DNA of 64,000 bases. It comes from an uncultured Gemmatimonadales bacterium (GTDB lineage: Bacteria > Gemmatimonadota > Gemmatimonadetes > Gemmatimonadales > GWC2-71-9). Below are positions 12,730 to 21,669 of the stretch, piece by piece. The notes below the pieces were generated by a model. That model had not been told where the DNA came from. It saw nothing but the letters and a program-made list of their open reading frames with translations, and ran no database searches. Where the stretch lies: contig CAVPGI010000012.1 of the NCBI GenBank assembly GCA_963704015.1, positions 36,695 through 100,694 on the forward strand, in the 5' to 3' direction. How positions within the stretch are numbered: the first letter of the stretch is position 1; each line of letters opens with the position of its first letter. The position numbers and the translations under genes are program-made.

Positions 12730-12875
12730 GGGGACTCCCTTTCCAAACCAGTGGGTTGAGTGGTGGCGCGTCCTCCGATCAAGGGTCCAGGCGAGACGAG
12801 GGCAGGGCAACTCCTACTCCCGTGCCGCTCATGAGCTTCCGTCCTAAGATGGCTCGCCCCCCTCGGGGCCGCAAG

Positions 12876-14709
12876 CTACCGCAGGCGCCGGGTATCCCCG
12901 CTGCGCACGGTGACTCCCCGGGCGTCGCTCCATTCCAGCAAGGGGATCAAGAACTTGCGGCTGAGCCCCAGGCGATCGCGAAGGGCGGCGGGAGCGATGG
13001 TGCCGCCGGCGCCCACTTCCCGGACCGCCGCCACGAAGCGATCCAGCGCCGGCACGGCGAAGTACCGGTCGCGCTCCACCGCCACCACCCGCCCCTGCCC
13101 CGCCGCCGCGCGAAGGATGGCCCCCACGTCGCGCCGGCCCAGGCGCTGCTCCAGCTCCGCCAGTGAGGGGGAGTGAGCCCCCCCTCGGTCGACCGCCTCC
13201 ACCACCCGATCGACGTCGGCCGGGTCGAAAGTACTGGTGGGGCGACGACCAGGTTCACGGGCCACGGCACCGTCGATCTCGATGGTCCGACTGGCAACCA
13301 GGTCGGCCAACACCGCCTGGACCAGCCACGCCGGGGCGCGCAGCTCCCGGCGCAGGGTTTCCAGCGGGACCCCGGGATCGTCCGGTCGCCGCTGGCGGTG
13401 GGCTTTCACCTCCGCGAGCGCCCGGGTCGCAACCGCCTGGACCAGGTCGGAGCTTACCAACCGATCCTCGATCCGACGGAGCCCGGTGGCCCCGGAGAGC
13501 AGGCCCTCGACCTGGTCCGGATGGCAGCCCAGGAGTAAGGGGACTTCCTGAACCGTGATCCCATGACGTCGCCGGGCCACCAGGGCCTGAAGCCGAGCGA
13601 CGGGCTGGTCGGCGCGCAGCTCCTCCGCCCAGGCGGCTCCGCGGCGCGGCGGGTTGGGATCGAGCACCCGACCGCCGCCAATGGTTCCCACCGGGCTATA
13701 GCTCCTGAGCACCAGCCGGTCCCCACCGCGCGCTACCACCGGCTTCTCCAGGGCCAGTCGGGCCATGGTCGTCCGATCCGGCCGGTGCTCTTCCCGCGGG
13801 TGCACCCGGGCCAGGATCTCGCTGGTCCCCAGCAGCACCCGCACCCTGGTCCGGGGACGGAGCGGATGACGCTCGGGGTCGAGCCGGGTGAGCTCCACGT
13901 CCAGCGCGGTCACCGCGGCCCACGGGTGGTCGGGTGAGACCAGCCAGTCTCCCCGGCCGACGTCGGCGCGCTCGACTCCGGCCAAGCCGACCGCATTCCG
14001 CTCTCGCGGCTGACTCCGATTCACCCGCCGGCCATGGATCTCGATCGAGCGGACCCGGGCCTCCGAGCCGCCGGGGAGTATCCGCACCGCGTCACCCACC
14101 GCCACAGTTCCCGACCAGGCGGTGCCGGTGACCACGGTGCCCACTCCGGCAACCGAGAAGGCTCGATCCACCGGCAGCCGGAACCAATCGGTGGCCGCAC
14201 GAGGATCGGCCGACGGCGCCAACCTCGCGATCTCCGCCTTGAGCTCGCGCGATGCCCTGGCCCGACGGTGCGGCGACCGCCAACGCCGGGGTGAATCGAA
14301 TGGGAGATTGGCTCAGCCATGAATCCACCTCGGCTCGAACCAGCGCGAGCCAGTCGGGCTCCACCAGATCGGCCTTGGTGACCACGGGGATGCCCGCCGG
14401 CACGCCCAGCTGCTCGACGATCGCCAGGTGCTCGCGGGTCTGAGGCATGATCCCCTCATCGGCCGCGACCACCAGCAGCACCAGATCCACGCCGCTCGCG
14501 CCGGCCACCATGGTCCGGACGAAGTCCTCGTGACCCGGCACGTCCACCACGCCTGCCTGGCCCTTCCCCAGATCGAGGGGGGCGAAGTTGAGGTCGATGG
14601 TGATGCCTCGGCGGCGCTCCTCCTCGAGCCGGTCCATTGGTCGGCCGGTGAGCGCCTCCACCAGCGCCGACTTGCCGTGATCGATATGCCCCGCGGTGCC
14701 GACGATCAT
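12876..14709 (-). pseudogene. selB: selenocysteine-specific translation elongation factor SelB, one frame break near 14200-14250
   Basis: N-terminus (second half of ORF 14092..15477): [37 protein letters not shown]. The rest is in 12876..14222: [21 protein letters not shown]... It ends with winged-helix repeats (...LRDRLGLSRKFLIPLLEWSDARGVTVRSGDTRRL) characteristic of bacterial SelB. Confidence 0.85.
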
Positions 14710-15477
14710 GCCTCGGTCCAGGCACGGGCCTGCCAGAAGTCGAGGGCCGGAAGCTTGGCGCCTTCGGCCAGATGATGCCGGATGTACTTGGCGAGGAGCC
14801 GGCGGTGGGCCGCGCCGTGCCGCGCGTCCAGGGCGGGGAGTTCCTGGTCGGGTCGGACCAGAGCGACCAGGTCGGCTCGATCGGCGGCGGTCAGGCGGGC
14901 CACATCGCCCCGGTCCCGGGCGCAGGCAGGACAGAGCATGCCGCCATCGGCCGGGCTGAAGTAGAGGGTGCCGCTTTCGGGGAGCGGGGTTGCCATCCCG
15001 CGCACAGACCTCGAGGGCCGGCGCGAAGCCCAGGACGCTCACCAGCCGCCAGAGCAGTCGCAGCGCCAGGGGACCGACCGCGATCGATGGCGCCGCTTCC
15101 AGGATGGCCAAGCCGTCGCGGAGCAGATCGAAGGCCTCCGGCTGCGCGTCCGGCTCCGGCGGGGAGAGCCGGAGCATCACCTCGGCAATCGCGTTGGCGG
15201 CAGCGTAGCGATCCAGGTTCTCCGCCAATCCCAGCGGCACCCGGACCAGGTCGAACGCGGTGAGCGTATGAAGCTCGCGGTTGGCGTGCATGACCAGGTG
15301 GGCCTGGCCCTCGCTCAGCAGTTGGAGCGCGGCTCCAAAGCTGCTCCGGGGCCGATGCGCCCCCTTGGCGATCGCGCTCTGGACGCCGAACTCCCGGGTG
15401 GCGAGCCGCACGATCTTCGAGGTCTCACGGTAGCGGAGCGCGGAGAGCACGATGGCGGGAGTGCTGACCAGGGGCAT
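14706..15477 (-). pseudogene. recO: DNA repair protein RecO, one frame break near 14990
   Basis: [40 protein letters not shown]... (OB fold) is in 14092..15477. The zinc-binding C-terminal part, ...[15 protein letters not shown]...[13 protein letters not shown], is in 14706..15005. The stop overlaps the selB start by 4 nt. Confidence 0.85.
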
Positions 15478-15512
15478 GGAACAAAGATAGGCGGGCCATC
15501 GGTGCTGGGGTT

Positions 15513-15582
15513 AACGGTGAAAGGTGAACGGTGAAAGGGGTACGGGCCTCACCGTTCACCTCTTACCGTTTACCGTTCACGT
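15513..15582. repeat. long imperfect inverted repeat built from GTGAACGG/GTAAACGG units; perfect 13-bp stem core 15522-15534 / 15549-15561
   Basis: AGGTGAACGGTGA ...14 nt... TCACCGTTCACCT is read directly. The flanks extend the pairing imperfectly. It lies between the end of the B12 operon (15603) and the recO start (15477). It has no clear U-tract, so I do not call it a canonical terminator. Confidence 0.6.
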
Positions 15583-15602
15583 TTCGCCTTAGCATCCCCG
15601 CT

Positions 15603-16668
15603 TCAGGCCGGAATCTTGGTCACCAGGACGCCGACCGGACACTCCCCCAGCGTGATGGTGCCCGACTGGGTGAGATCGTCCGGCCGGAGCACGTGGGCCA
15701 CTCCGGGCAGCACCGCCGGCGCAGGGACCAGTATCGATAGCGTAGATCCGGCCCTGGCTGTCCACGGCGACGGCGGAGTTGGAGGGAATCGCGATTCCCT
15801 GGCCGGCCCCCAGCACCACTGAACGGGTGTCGGTGTTGAATTCCATCACACCTTCGGTGTAGGAGCTGATGAAGAGGCGATGGCCTCCATCGGTGGCCAG
15901 GTTGCCGGGACCGGTGCCGAATCCGCTCACGGTGACGTCCAGCATCCCGGTCACCGGGTTAATGATCGAAAGGGCACCGTCCCCCGAGAAGTAATTCCCG
16001 GTGTTCATCACGTAGAAGAAGGGGTCGTTCACCCCGCCCGGAGAGACGAACCCGGCATTCCCCGGCCCCACCAGCCCGATCGAGTCGGGCCCGCTGGTTG
16101 TCTTCTGGTTGGTGACTGGATCGATCACGGTGAGCCAACTGGGGCCCGCGGGTGAGAACGTCGCATCCAGGTTGCCGTTGAGCACGAAGAGCTTGCCGCG
16201 AAGGTAGATGACGTTCTGGGGGTAGACGCCCACCGCGACACTGGCGGTATCGCCGGTGAGGTAATTGACCCGGGTCACGGTGTTGCGATTGGGGTTGGCG
16301 ACATACCCGATGGAGTCGTTGATCACCGCCGATCCGGTGGCGCCCGAGTTGGCGGGCAGGGGCACGATCCGGCTGACGGTGGCGGTCTTGAGGTCCACCA
16401 CCGCGACCGAGTTGTCGAACCCCATGGGCACCAGGGCGATCCCGTTCAGCGCGGAGACGCCCACCGGGGTGGGACTGGTCCCTCCCAACGGCACCTTCAC
16501 CGCCGCGCTCGGCTGGTTCACCGGCACGATACTCAGGCTGGCCTCCGTGCTGTTCACGGCCAGCAGGACTTCCTCCGGGGGTGGCGCGGAGGGCGACGTA
16601 GCGGCACAAGCGGTTGCCCACCAGGCAGCGGCGCAGGTGGCGACGCGGAATGCGGCGGATCGAGTCAT
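15603..16668 (-). pseudogene. beta-propeller (YVTN/YncE-like) lipoprotein, last gene of the B12 uptake operon; frame break near 15725
   Basis: Signal peptide with lipobox-like WATAC. Recurrent blade motifs occur about every 40-50 aa (VAVVDLKT, VTRVNYLTGD, LTVIDPVTNQ, LSIINPVTGM, VMEFNTDTRS, IYAIDTG). After the shift, my own translation gives ...GVAHVLRPDDLTQSGTITLGECPVGVLVTKIPA and a stop at 15603. The ATG overlaps the receptor stop (ATGA). Confidence 0.7.
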
Positions 16669-18722
16669 CAGGGTCTCACATCGATGGAAAGGGTAAAGGT
16701 GCGGCCCGGAGTAGGATAGCCGGAAATGAATTCGGCCCGCTGGTCGGTCAGGTCAGACACCGCGGCCCGGAGCACGGCCACGGCGCCCAGCTCGCGCTGG
16801 ATGCCGAGGTCGAGGAGGTTGATGGTAGGCAGCGCGTTCACCGCGCTGTTGTCACGGTAGCGGAGCCCCACAAAGTGCCACCGAAGGTCGGCGCTCCAGA
16901 GCCCGGGCGACCAGACCGCCGAGGCGGCCGCGGTGCCCAGCGGCCGGTAGGCGACCTGCTCCCCGCCGGGACGGTCATAGGTGACGCGACTGACTCCGGC
17001 ACTTCCCTCCAATCGGAGGGCCGCGAGCGGGCGCACCGAGACCGAGGCCTCGCCGCCGCGCCGGAAGACGTCGAAGTTCCCCGGGCTCCAGATCCCCCGG
17101 AAGTTGCTGGACCAGAGGATCATGTCGGCCACCCGGCCGACGTATCCGCGCAGCGAGAAGGTGGCGCCAGTCCGCGAGGTCCCCACCGACTGGGTGAATC
17201 CTCCAGTCACTTCCCAGCGAACCCGCTCCGGCCGCAGGTCGGGATTGAGCTGCACTCCCACACCCTCGCGGAAGAACAGATCCAACAAGGCGGGCGGGGT
17301 GACGCCGCTGCCTACCCCGAGCGTTACGGCACTCCCGCTCCGCCGCCACCCGGCGTCGATTCTCCCGCTGGCGAAGGGCGTCGACCGGCCGGTCCATTGA
17401 TCCAGGCGTAGTACCGGCGCCAGGCTCCAGACTGAGGATTCGCCCCGCCGCCAGTTGCCGTCCACTCGGAGGGAGCCCAGGAGAAAATCCGACCCGGGCT
17501 CAACCCCGTCGCCAACGAACCGATCGTAGCGGCCGTCCAGGCCGATGCCGGCATCGCCACTCCAACCGGGGAGACGGAGGCTCCGGCGCAGGCCCGCGCC
17601 GGCGGTCAGCTCTCCCCCACTGGTCCTGGTGTCGTAGGGCTGGAAGGGCACCGGTGGCCCGGGATCCCACACGCGGGACGTGAGCCATTGTGCCGACCCG
17701 CTCCAGGAGAAGGCTCCGGTGTGACGGGCGCCGAGGAACGCCATGCCGTCCTGCGCGCGGGCGGTGGGTGTGGGGTTGGTGACGATGCCGGGAAGCTCCC
17801 GATCGGCGAAGTTGCCGCGGAGCTGCAGGTCTATCGGCCCCGGTCGGCGCGCGGTCAACGTCGCCACATAGCCGCCGGCGTTGGTCCGCTGTCCCTCGCC
17901 GCCTCCGCTGCCGGCGGGGATCTGGTAGGGATAGTCATCGGCGTAGCGCTGAGCGCCGAGCGCCACCGCGAGGGAGCCCAGCGAGGCACCCAGTCTTCCT
18001 TCCAAACCGCCGAAACTGGAGACCTGGCTGAACAACTCGGGGTCGAAGTGAGCGCGGGTCTCCACTACGATCACCCCAGCAATGGCCCGGCTGCCCATCC
18101 GGGCGCCCTGGGCGCCGGGCAGCAGGGTGACCCGCTCGACATCGCGTGAGCTGATGCGGGAGAGGTCGGCCCGGCCGGTCAGGGGATCGTTGAGGGAGAA
18201 CCCGTCGAGCAATACCAGCACCTCATCGGGAGCGCTGCCGCGTACCTGGGGCGAGGCGGGACCGGAGCCGACCGAGCGGCGGACCGTGACCCCCTCCCAT
18301 CCATCGAGCGCCCGCGCCAGGTCGCTGCCTCGACGGACCAGGTCGGAGTTTCGGATGGCGATGCTGCCGACCTCCTGGGCAGTGACCACCAGAGAGTCCA
18401 GTTGAATCGGCAGCGGCTGGAGCCGCAGGCTCAGGTGGGACTCGAGCCCCGGCAGGACCTCAATGGCTTCCTGAGCCGGCGCGTAGCCGATCCGCCGTAC
18501 TTCCACCAGCCGCGACCCCGGCGTCACCGACCCAAACCGGAAGTTCCCGTCGTTGCCCGTAACCTGGTGCTGATCGCCCAACCGGATATCCGCCTCCGGG
18601 ACGGGCGCCTGGGTGGCCGCATCGATCACCGATCCGGTCACGGTGGCCGGTGCCTGCGCCATCAGCGGCGCGGCCGCGGCCAAGAGTCCAGCCAGCCAGG
18701 CCGCCGCGAGGTTACCGCGCAT
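16668..18722 (-). CDS. btuB: TonB-dependent outer membrane receptor (BtuB-type by operon context)
   Basis: Intact. The likely start is MRGNLAAAWLAGLLAAAAPLMAQA (ATG 18722). It has a carboxypeptidase-regulatory-like domain (TVTGSVIDAATQAPV...GNFRFGSV), then plug (LDSLVVTA...), then a long beta-barrel. It lies downstream of a cobalamin riboswitch. Confidence 0.8.
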   Translation of the reverse strand: MRGNLAAAWLAGLLAAAAPLMAQAPATVTGSVIDAATQAPVPEADIRLGDQHQVTGNDGNFRFGSVTPGSRLVEVRRIGYAPAQEAIEVLPGLESHLSLRLQPLPIQLDSLVVTAQEVGSIAIRNSDLVRRGSDLARALDGWEGVTVRRSVGSGPASPQVRGSAPDEVLVLLDGFSLNDPLTGRADLSRISSRDVERVTLLPGAQGARMGSRAIAGVIVVETRAHFDPELFSQVSSFGGLEGRLGASLGSLAVALGAQRYADDYPYQIPAGSGGGEGQRTNAGGYVATLTARRPGPIDLQLRGNFADRELPGIVTNPTPTARAQDGMAFLGARHTGAFSWSGSAQWLTSRVWDPGPPVPFQPYDTRTSGGELTAGAGLRRSLRLPGWSGDAGIGLDGRYDRFVGDGVEPGSDFLLGSLRVDGNWRRGESSVWSLAPVLRLDQWTGRSTPFASGRIDAGWRRSGSAVTLGVGSGVTPPALLDLFFREGVGVQLNPDLRPERVRWEVTGGFTQSVGTSRTGATFSLRGYVGRVADMILWSSNFRGIWSPGNFDVFRRGGEASVSVRPLAALRLEGSAGVSRVTYDRPGGEQVAYRPLGTAAASAVWSPGLWSADLRWHFVGLRYRDNSAVNALPTINLLDLGIQRELGAVAVLRAAVSDLTDQRAEFISGYPTPGRTFTLSIDVRP

Positions 18723-19521
18723 CCCGTCCTCCGGCTTCCGCCTCTCGAGGTCGCAGGGGCACCACCTGGGGCGAGCCGTCGATCCAGGCGGTGACGGCCA
18801 CCGGCCAATCGAACACGCCCGCAACCACCTCCCGGCGCAGGACCTCGGCCGGCTTCCCCTCCCCCGCGATCCGCCCGCGCGAGAGCAACACCACGCGATC
18901 CGCGTAGCGGGCCGCGAGGTTCAGGTGATGGGTCACGATCAGACCGGACAGGCCCTCGTCGACCAGGCGGCGGACCAGCTCGAAGACTTCCATCTCATGG
19001 CGCACATCGAGCGCGGCGGTGGGCTCGTCCAGCATCAGGAGCCGCGGCTCCTGGGCCAGCGCCCGGGCGATCCGGGTCCGCTGCCACTCCCCGCTGGACA
19101 GCGTGTCGGTGCGCCGCTCCGCCAGCTGCTCCAGGTCACAGCGCCCCATGGCTTGGGCGACCACGCGACGATCGTCCTCTCCCTCCGCCGCCAGGGCGCC
19201 CAGGTGGGCGTAGCGGCCCAGCGCCACGGTCTCCCGGACCCGCAGGGGAAAAAGCAGATCCTCTCGCTGAGTGACCACGCCGACCATCCGGGCCAGGGCG
19301 CGCGGTGGCCAGGCGGTAAGCGCCCGGTCGGCTAACTCGACGCGACCCGAATCCAGCGGCACGGTCCCCAGCAGGGCCCGCAGCAGTGTGGTCTTCCCGC
19401 TGCCGTTGGGCCCCACCACGGCCACCAGCTCCCCCAGACCGAGAGTCAGGGAGACGTCTTCCAGGGCGGCGGGGGCGGCACCGGCGTAGCGCACGGTGAG
19501 GTGCTCGGCGACGAGGATCAT
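18712..19521 (-). CDS. btuD: ABC transporter ATP-binding protein (BtuD/FecE family)
   Basis: MILVAEHLTVRY... with Walker A GPNGSGKTTLL, signature LSSGEWQR and Walker B LLMLDEPTAALD. The upstream part of ORF 18712..20055 is out-of-frame permease sequence. Confidence 0.9.
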   Translation of the reverse strand: MILVAEHLTVRYAGAAPAALEDVSLTLGLGELVAVVGPNGSGKTTLLRALLGTVPLDSGRVELADRALTAWPPRALARMVGVVTQREDLLFPLRVRETVALGRYAHLGALAAEGEDDRRVVAQAMGRCDLEQLAERRTDTLSSGEWQRTRIARALAQEPRLLMLDEPTAALDVRHEMEVFELVRRLVDEGLSGLIVTHHLNLAARYADRVVLLSRGRIAGEGKPAEVLRREVVAGVFDWPVAVTAWIDGSPQVVPLRPREAEAGGRDAR

Positions 19522-20500
19522 GCGAGCGATTTCCGGAGCAGCAGCGCGAAGAGCGGCACGCCGACCAAGGCGGTCACCACGCCGACCGGCAGCTCGATGG
19601 GTCGCGCCACCGATCGGGCCAGCGCGTCCGCCAGCACCAGGAAGGCGCCCCCGAACAGGAACGCGGCCGGGAGCAGCGGTCGGTGGAGCGGCCCCCAGAG
19701 CCGCCGAATCGCGTGCGGCACGACCAGTCCCACGAACCCGATCATCCCGCAGGTGGCGACGGTAGCGGCAGCGATCAGCCCGGTGGCGAGGTAGGCCAGC
19801 CGCTTGAGCCGCTCGGGATCGGCGCCCAGGTGCCGGGCGGTGTCTTCTCCCAGGGCCAGGAGGTCGAAGCAGCGCGCGTTCCAGAACAGGAGTGCCAGGG
19901 GCGGCAAGGCGTAGAGGGCGAGGGCTCCGACCGCTTGCCAGGACGCGCCACCCAATCCGCCCAGCAGCCAGAGAAAGGCGTTGCGGAGCCGGCCGCGTCG
20001 GAGAGCGAGAGCACCGCACCGAGCACCGCGCCGGTGAAGGCGCTGACGACGACACCGGCCAGGAGCAAGGTGTGGGGATCCATGCGCCGCCGGTCGACCA
20101 GACTCAGCCGATAGACCAAGGCGAGGGTCAACAAGCCGCCCACGAAGGCCGCGACCGGCAGGGCCCAGGCGCTGGCCAGCCCGAGGGCGATGGCCCCAAC
20201 CGCGCCCACGGCGGCGCCGCCGGAAAGGCCCAGCAGGTAGGGATCGGCGAGCGGATTGCGGATCAGGGCCTGGAGGATGGCGCCGGACACCGAGAGACTG
20301 CCGCCGACCAGGAAGCCGAGCAGGACGCGCGGCACCCGGAGGTCGCGCACGATGGCAGCGTCGGGGCCCGCGTTTCGGAACAGCGCGGAGGCGATGGCGT
20401 CGAGCGGAAGCGAGACCGCCCCGACCGCCACGCCCACGAGCAGCGAGCCCACGGCGGCGAGCGCCAGGAACGGCCAGCGGGCCCGGGTCAGTGCAGCCAT
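19518..20500 (-). pseudogene. btuC: FecCD-family ABC permease (BtuC-like), one frame break near 19960
   Basis: The N-terminal half is in 19775..20620 (from MAALTRARWPFLALAAVG...RVPRVLLGFLVGGSLSVSGAILQALIRNPLADPYLLGLSGGA). The C-terminal half is in 19518..19955 (...GEDTARHLGADPERLK...MIGFVGLVVPHAIRRL...PVGVVTALVGVPLFALLLRK). Confidence 0.85.
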
Positions 20501-21405
20501 GGGACCAAGGCGGCGTGCAGCTCCCGAATCGCTTCGGGCGCTCGGGGGCTGGGCCGGCTGAAGGCCGAGCTGGAGATGGAAAGGAAATGGGCCTCGCGAA
20601 CGGCGCGAACTGTCCGCCACTCGGGTCGGCTGGCGAACGCGGGAGTCTCCGAGGCCTGGGTGAAGATCAGATCGGGATCCCGCTCCGCGACCGCTTCGAT
20701 GCTCACGTTCGCCGAGGGGGCCGCCAGGTCCGCGAAGAGATTGTCTCCGCCGGCTCGAGTCACGAATTCACTCAGGAAGCTCCCGGCGCCAATCGTCATC
20801 GGCGGTTGATCCCAGGCCAGGATGAAGACCTTGGGGCGGCGATCCGGGGACGCGGGCGGCACCGAGACCGCGGCCAGCGCCGAATCGAACCATCGGGCCA
20901 ACGAATCGGCACTCGCGGCTCGGCCCAGCAAGGGGCCCAGCACCCGGGCGATCCGGGGCACATCGGCCAGGCGATCGACCGCGAGCTGGACGGCGGGAAT
21001 CCCCAACCGGTGCAGCCGCGCCGCGGCGTCGGCGTCGTGCGGCGAGCGATACATCAGCACCAGATCGGGCTGCTGGGCCAGAACCGCCTCGAGGTTGGGA
21101 GCCAGCCCGTCACCGACATTGGCGACCGCCTGGGCGGCCGGCGGGTAGTCGCACCAGGCGGTGCGGCCGACCACCTGATCGCCCGCGCCCAGGGCAAAGA
21201 GCAACTCAGTGGTGGCGGGAATCAGGGAGACGACGCGATGGACGGGGCCGGCAAGGGTCACGGTATCGCCCGCGTCATCGACCACCCGGAGCGAGGTCGC
21301 GGGACGCGCGGACGAATCGGCGCAGGCCACACCGGCGAACAGAACTAGCCCGACCGGGCCGAACCATCGGCGGGAACTGTGCGAACGAGAGCCGGTACCG
21401 GACAT
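20488..21405 (-). CDS. btuF: periplasmic substrate-binding protein of the B12/siderophore/heme class (BtuF-like)
   Basis: Start MSGTGSRS... (ATG 21405), then a signal-like segment, then RVVSLIPATTELLFALGAGDQVVGRTAWCDYP, typical of the BtuF/FhuD fold. It is the first gene after the riboswitch. Confidence 0.85.
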   Translation of the reverse strand: MSGTGSRSHSSRRWFGPVGLVLFAGVACADSSARPATSLRVVDDAGDTVTLAGPVHRVVSLIPATTELLFALGAGDQVVGRTAWCDYPPAAQAVANVGDGLAPNLEAVLAQQPDLVLMYRSPHDADAAARLHRLGIPAVQLAVDRLADVPRIARVLGPLLGRAASADSLARWFDSALAAVSVPPASPDRRPKVFILAWDQPPMTIGAGSFLSEFVTRAGGDNLFADLAAPSANVSIEAVAERDPDLIFTQASETPAFASRPEWRTVRAVREAHFLSISSSAFSRPSPRAPEAIRELHAALVPWLH

Positions 21406-21499
21406 CAAAACCGCCCATCCCGAGGTGCTGGGAAGGGCGGACGAAGGCCACTGAGGGCGGGGCTTTCGCCACCGACCCTCCCCCGAGGGTTGCATGGTG

Positions 21500-21645
21500 G
21501 CACGAGCGAAGAGGTCTCCTGGCTTCGGGCCCTCCGCTCGCCTTCCCGGTTGCCCAGTGGCGTGTTGAGCGGGGTAATGGTGCCCGTTACAGTGGCGGGG
21601 CCGCGCCGGACTCACACCGGCTTCCGAGCTTCCGCACTCGCAACA
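21500..21645 (-). promoter_or_regulatory. cobalamin (B12) riboswitch aptamer; expression platform continues to 21406
   Basis: Minus-strand RNA reads GGAAGCCGGUGUGAGUCCGGCGCGGCCCCGCCACUGUAA ... GCCACUGGGCAACCGGGAAGGC ... AGCCAGGAGACCU (B12 box, about 21523-21511). This matches the conserved core of the cobalamin riboswitch class as I recall it. The context is right, upstream of btuFCD plus a TonB receptor. Confidence 0.85.
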
Positions 21646-21669
21646 TTTCAGTTGTCGAGCGAGGCTAAG

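Noticed and set aside
12730-12875. tRNA-Sec (selC) or any tRNA near selB and in the other intergenic gaps
   Set aside because: I saw no GGTTCGAATCC-like T-arm or cloverleaf-sized conserved block in any gap. The gaps are mostly too short. This remains unverified without tRNAscan or ARAGORN.
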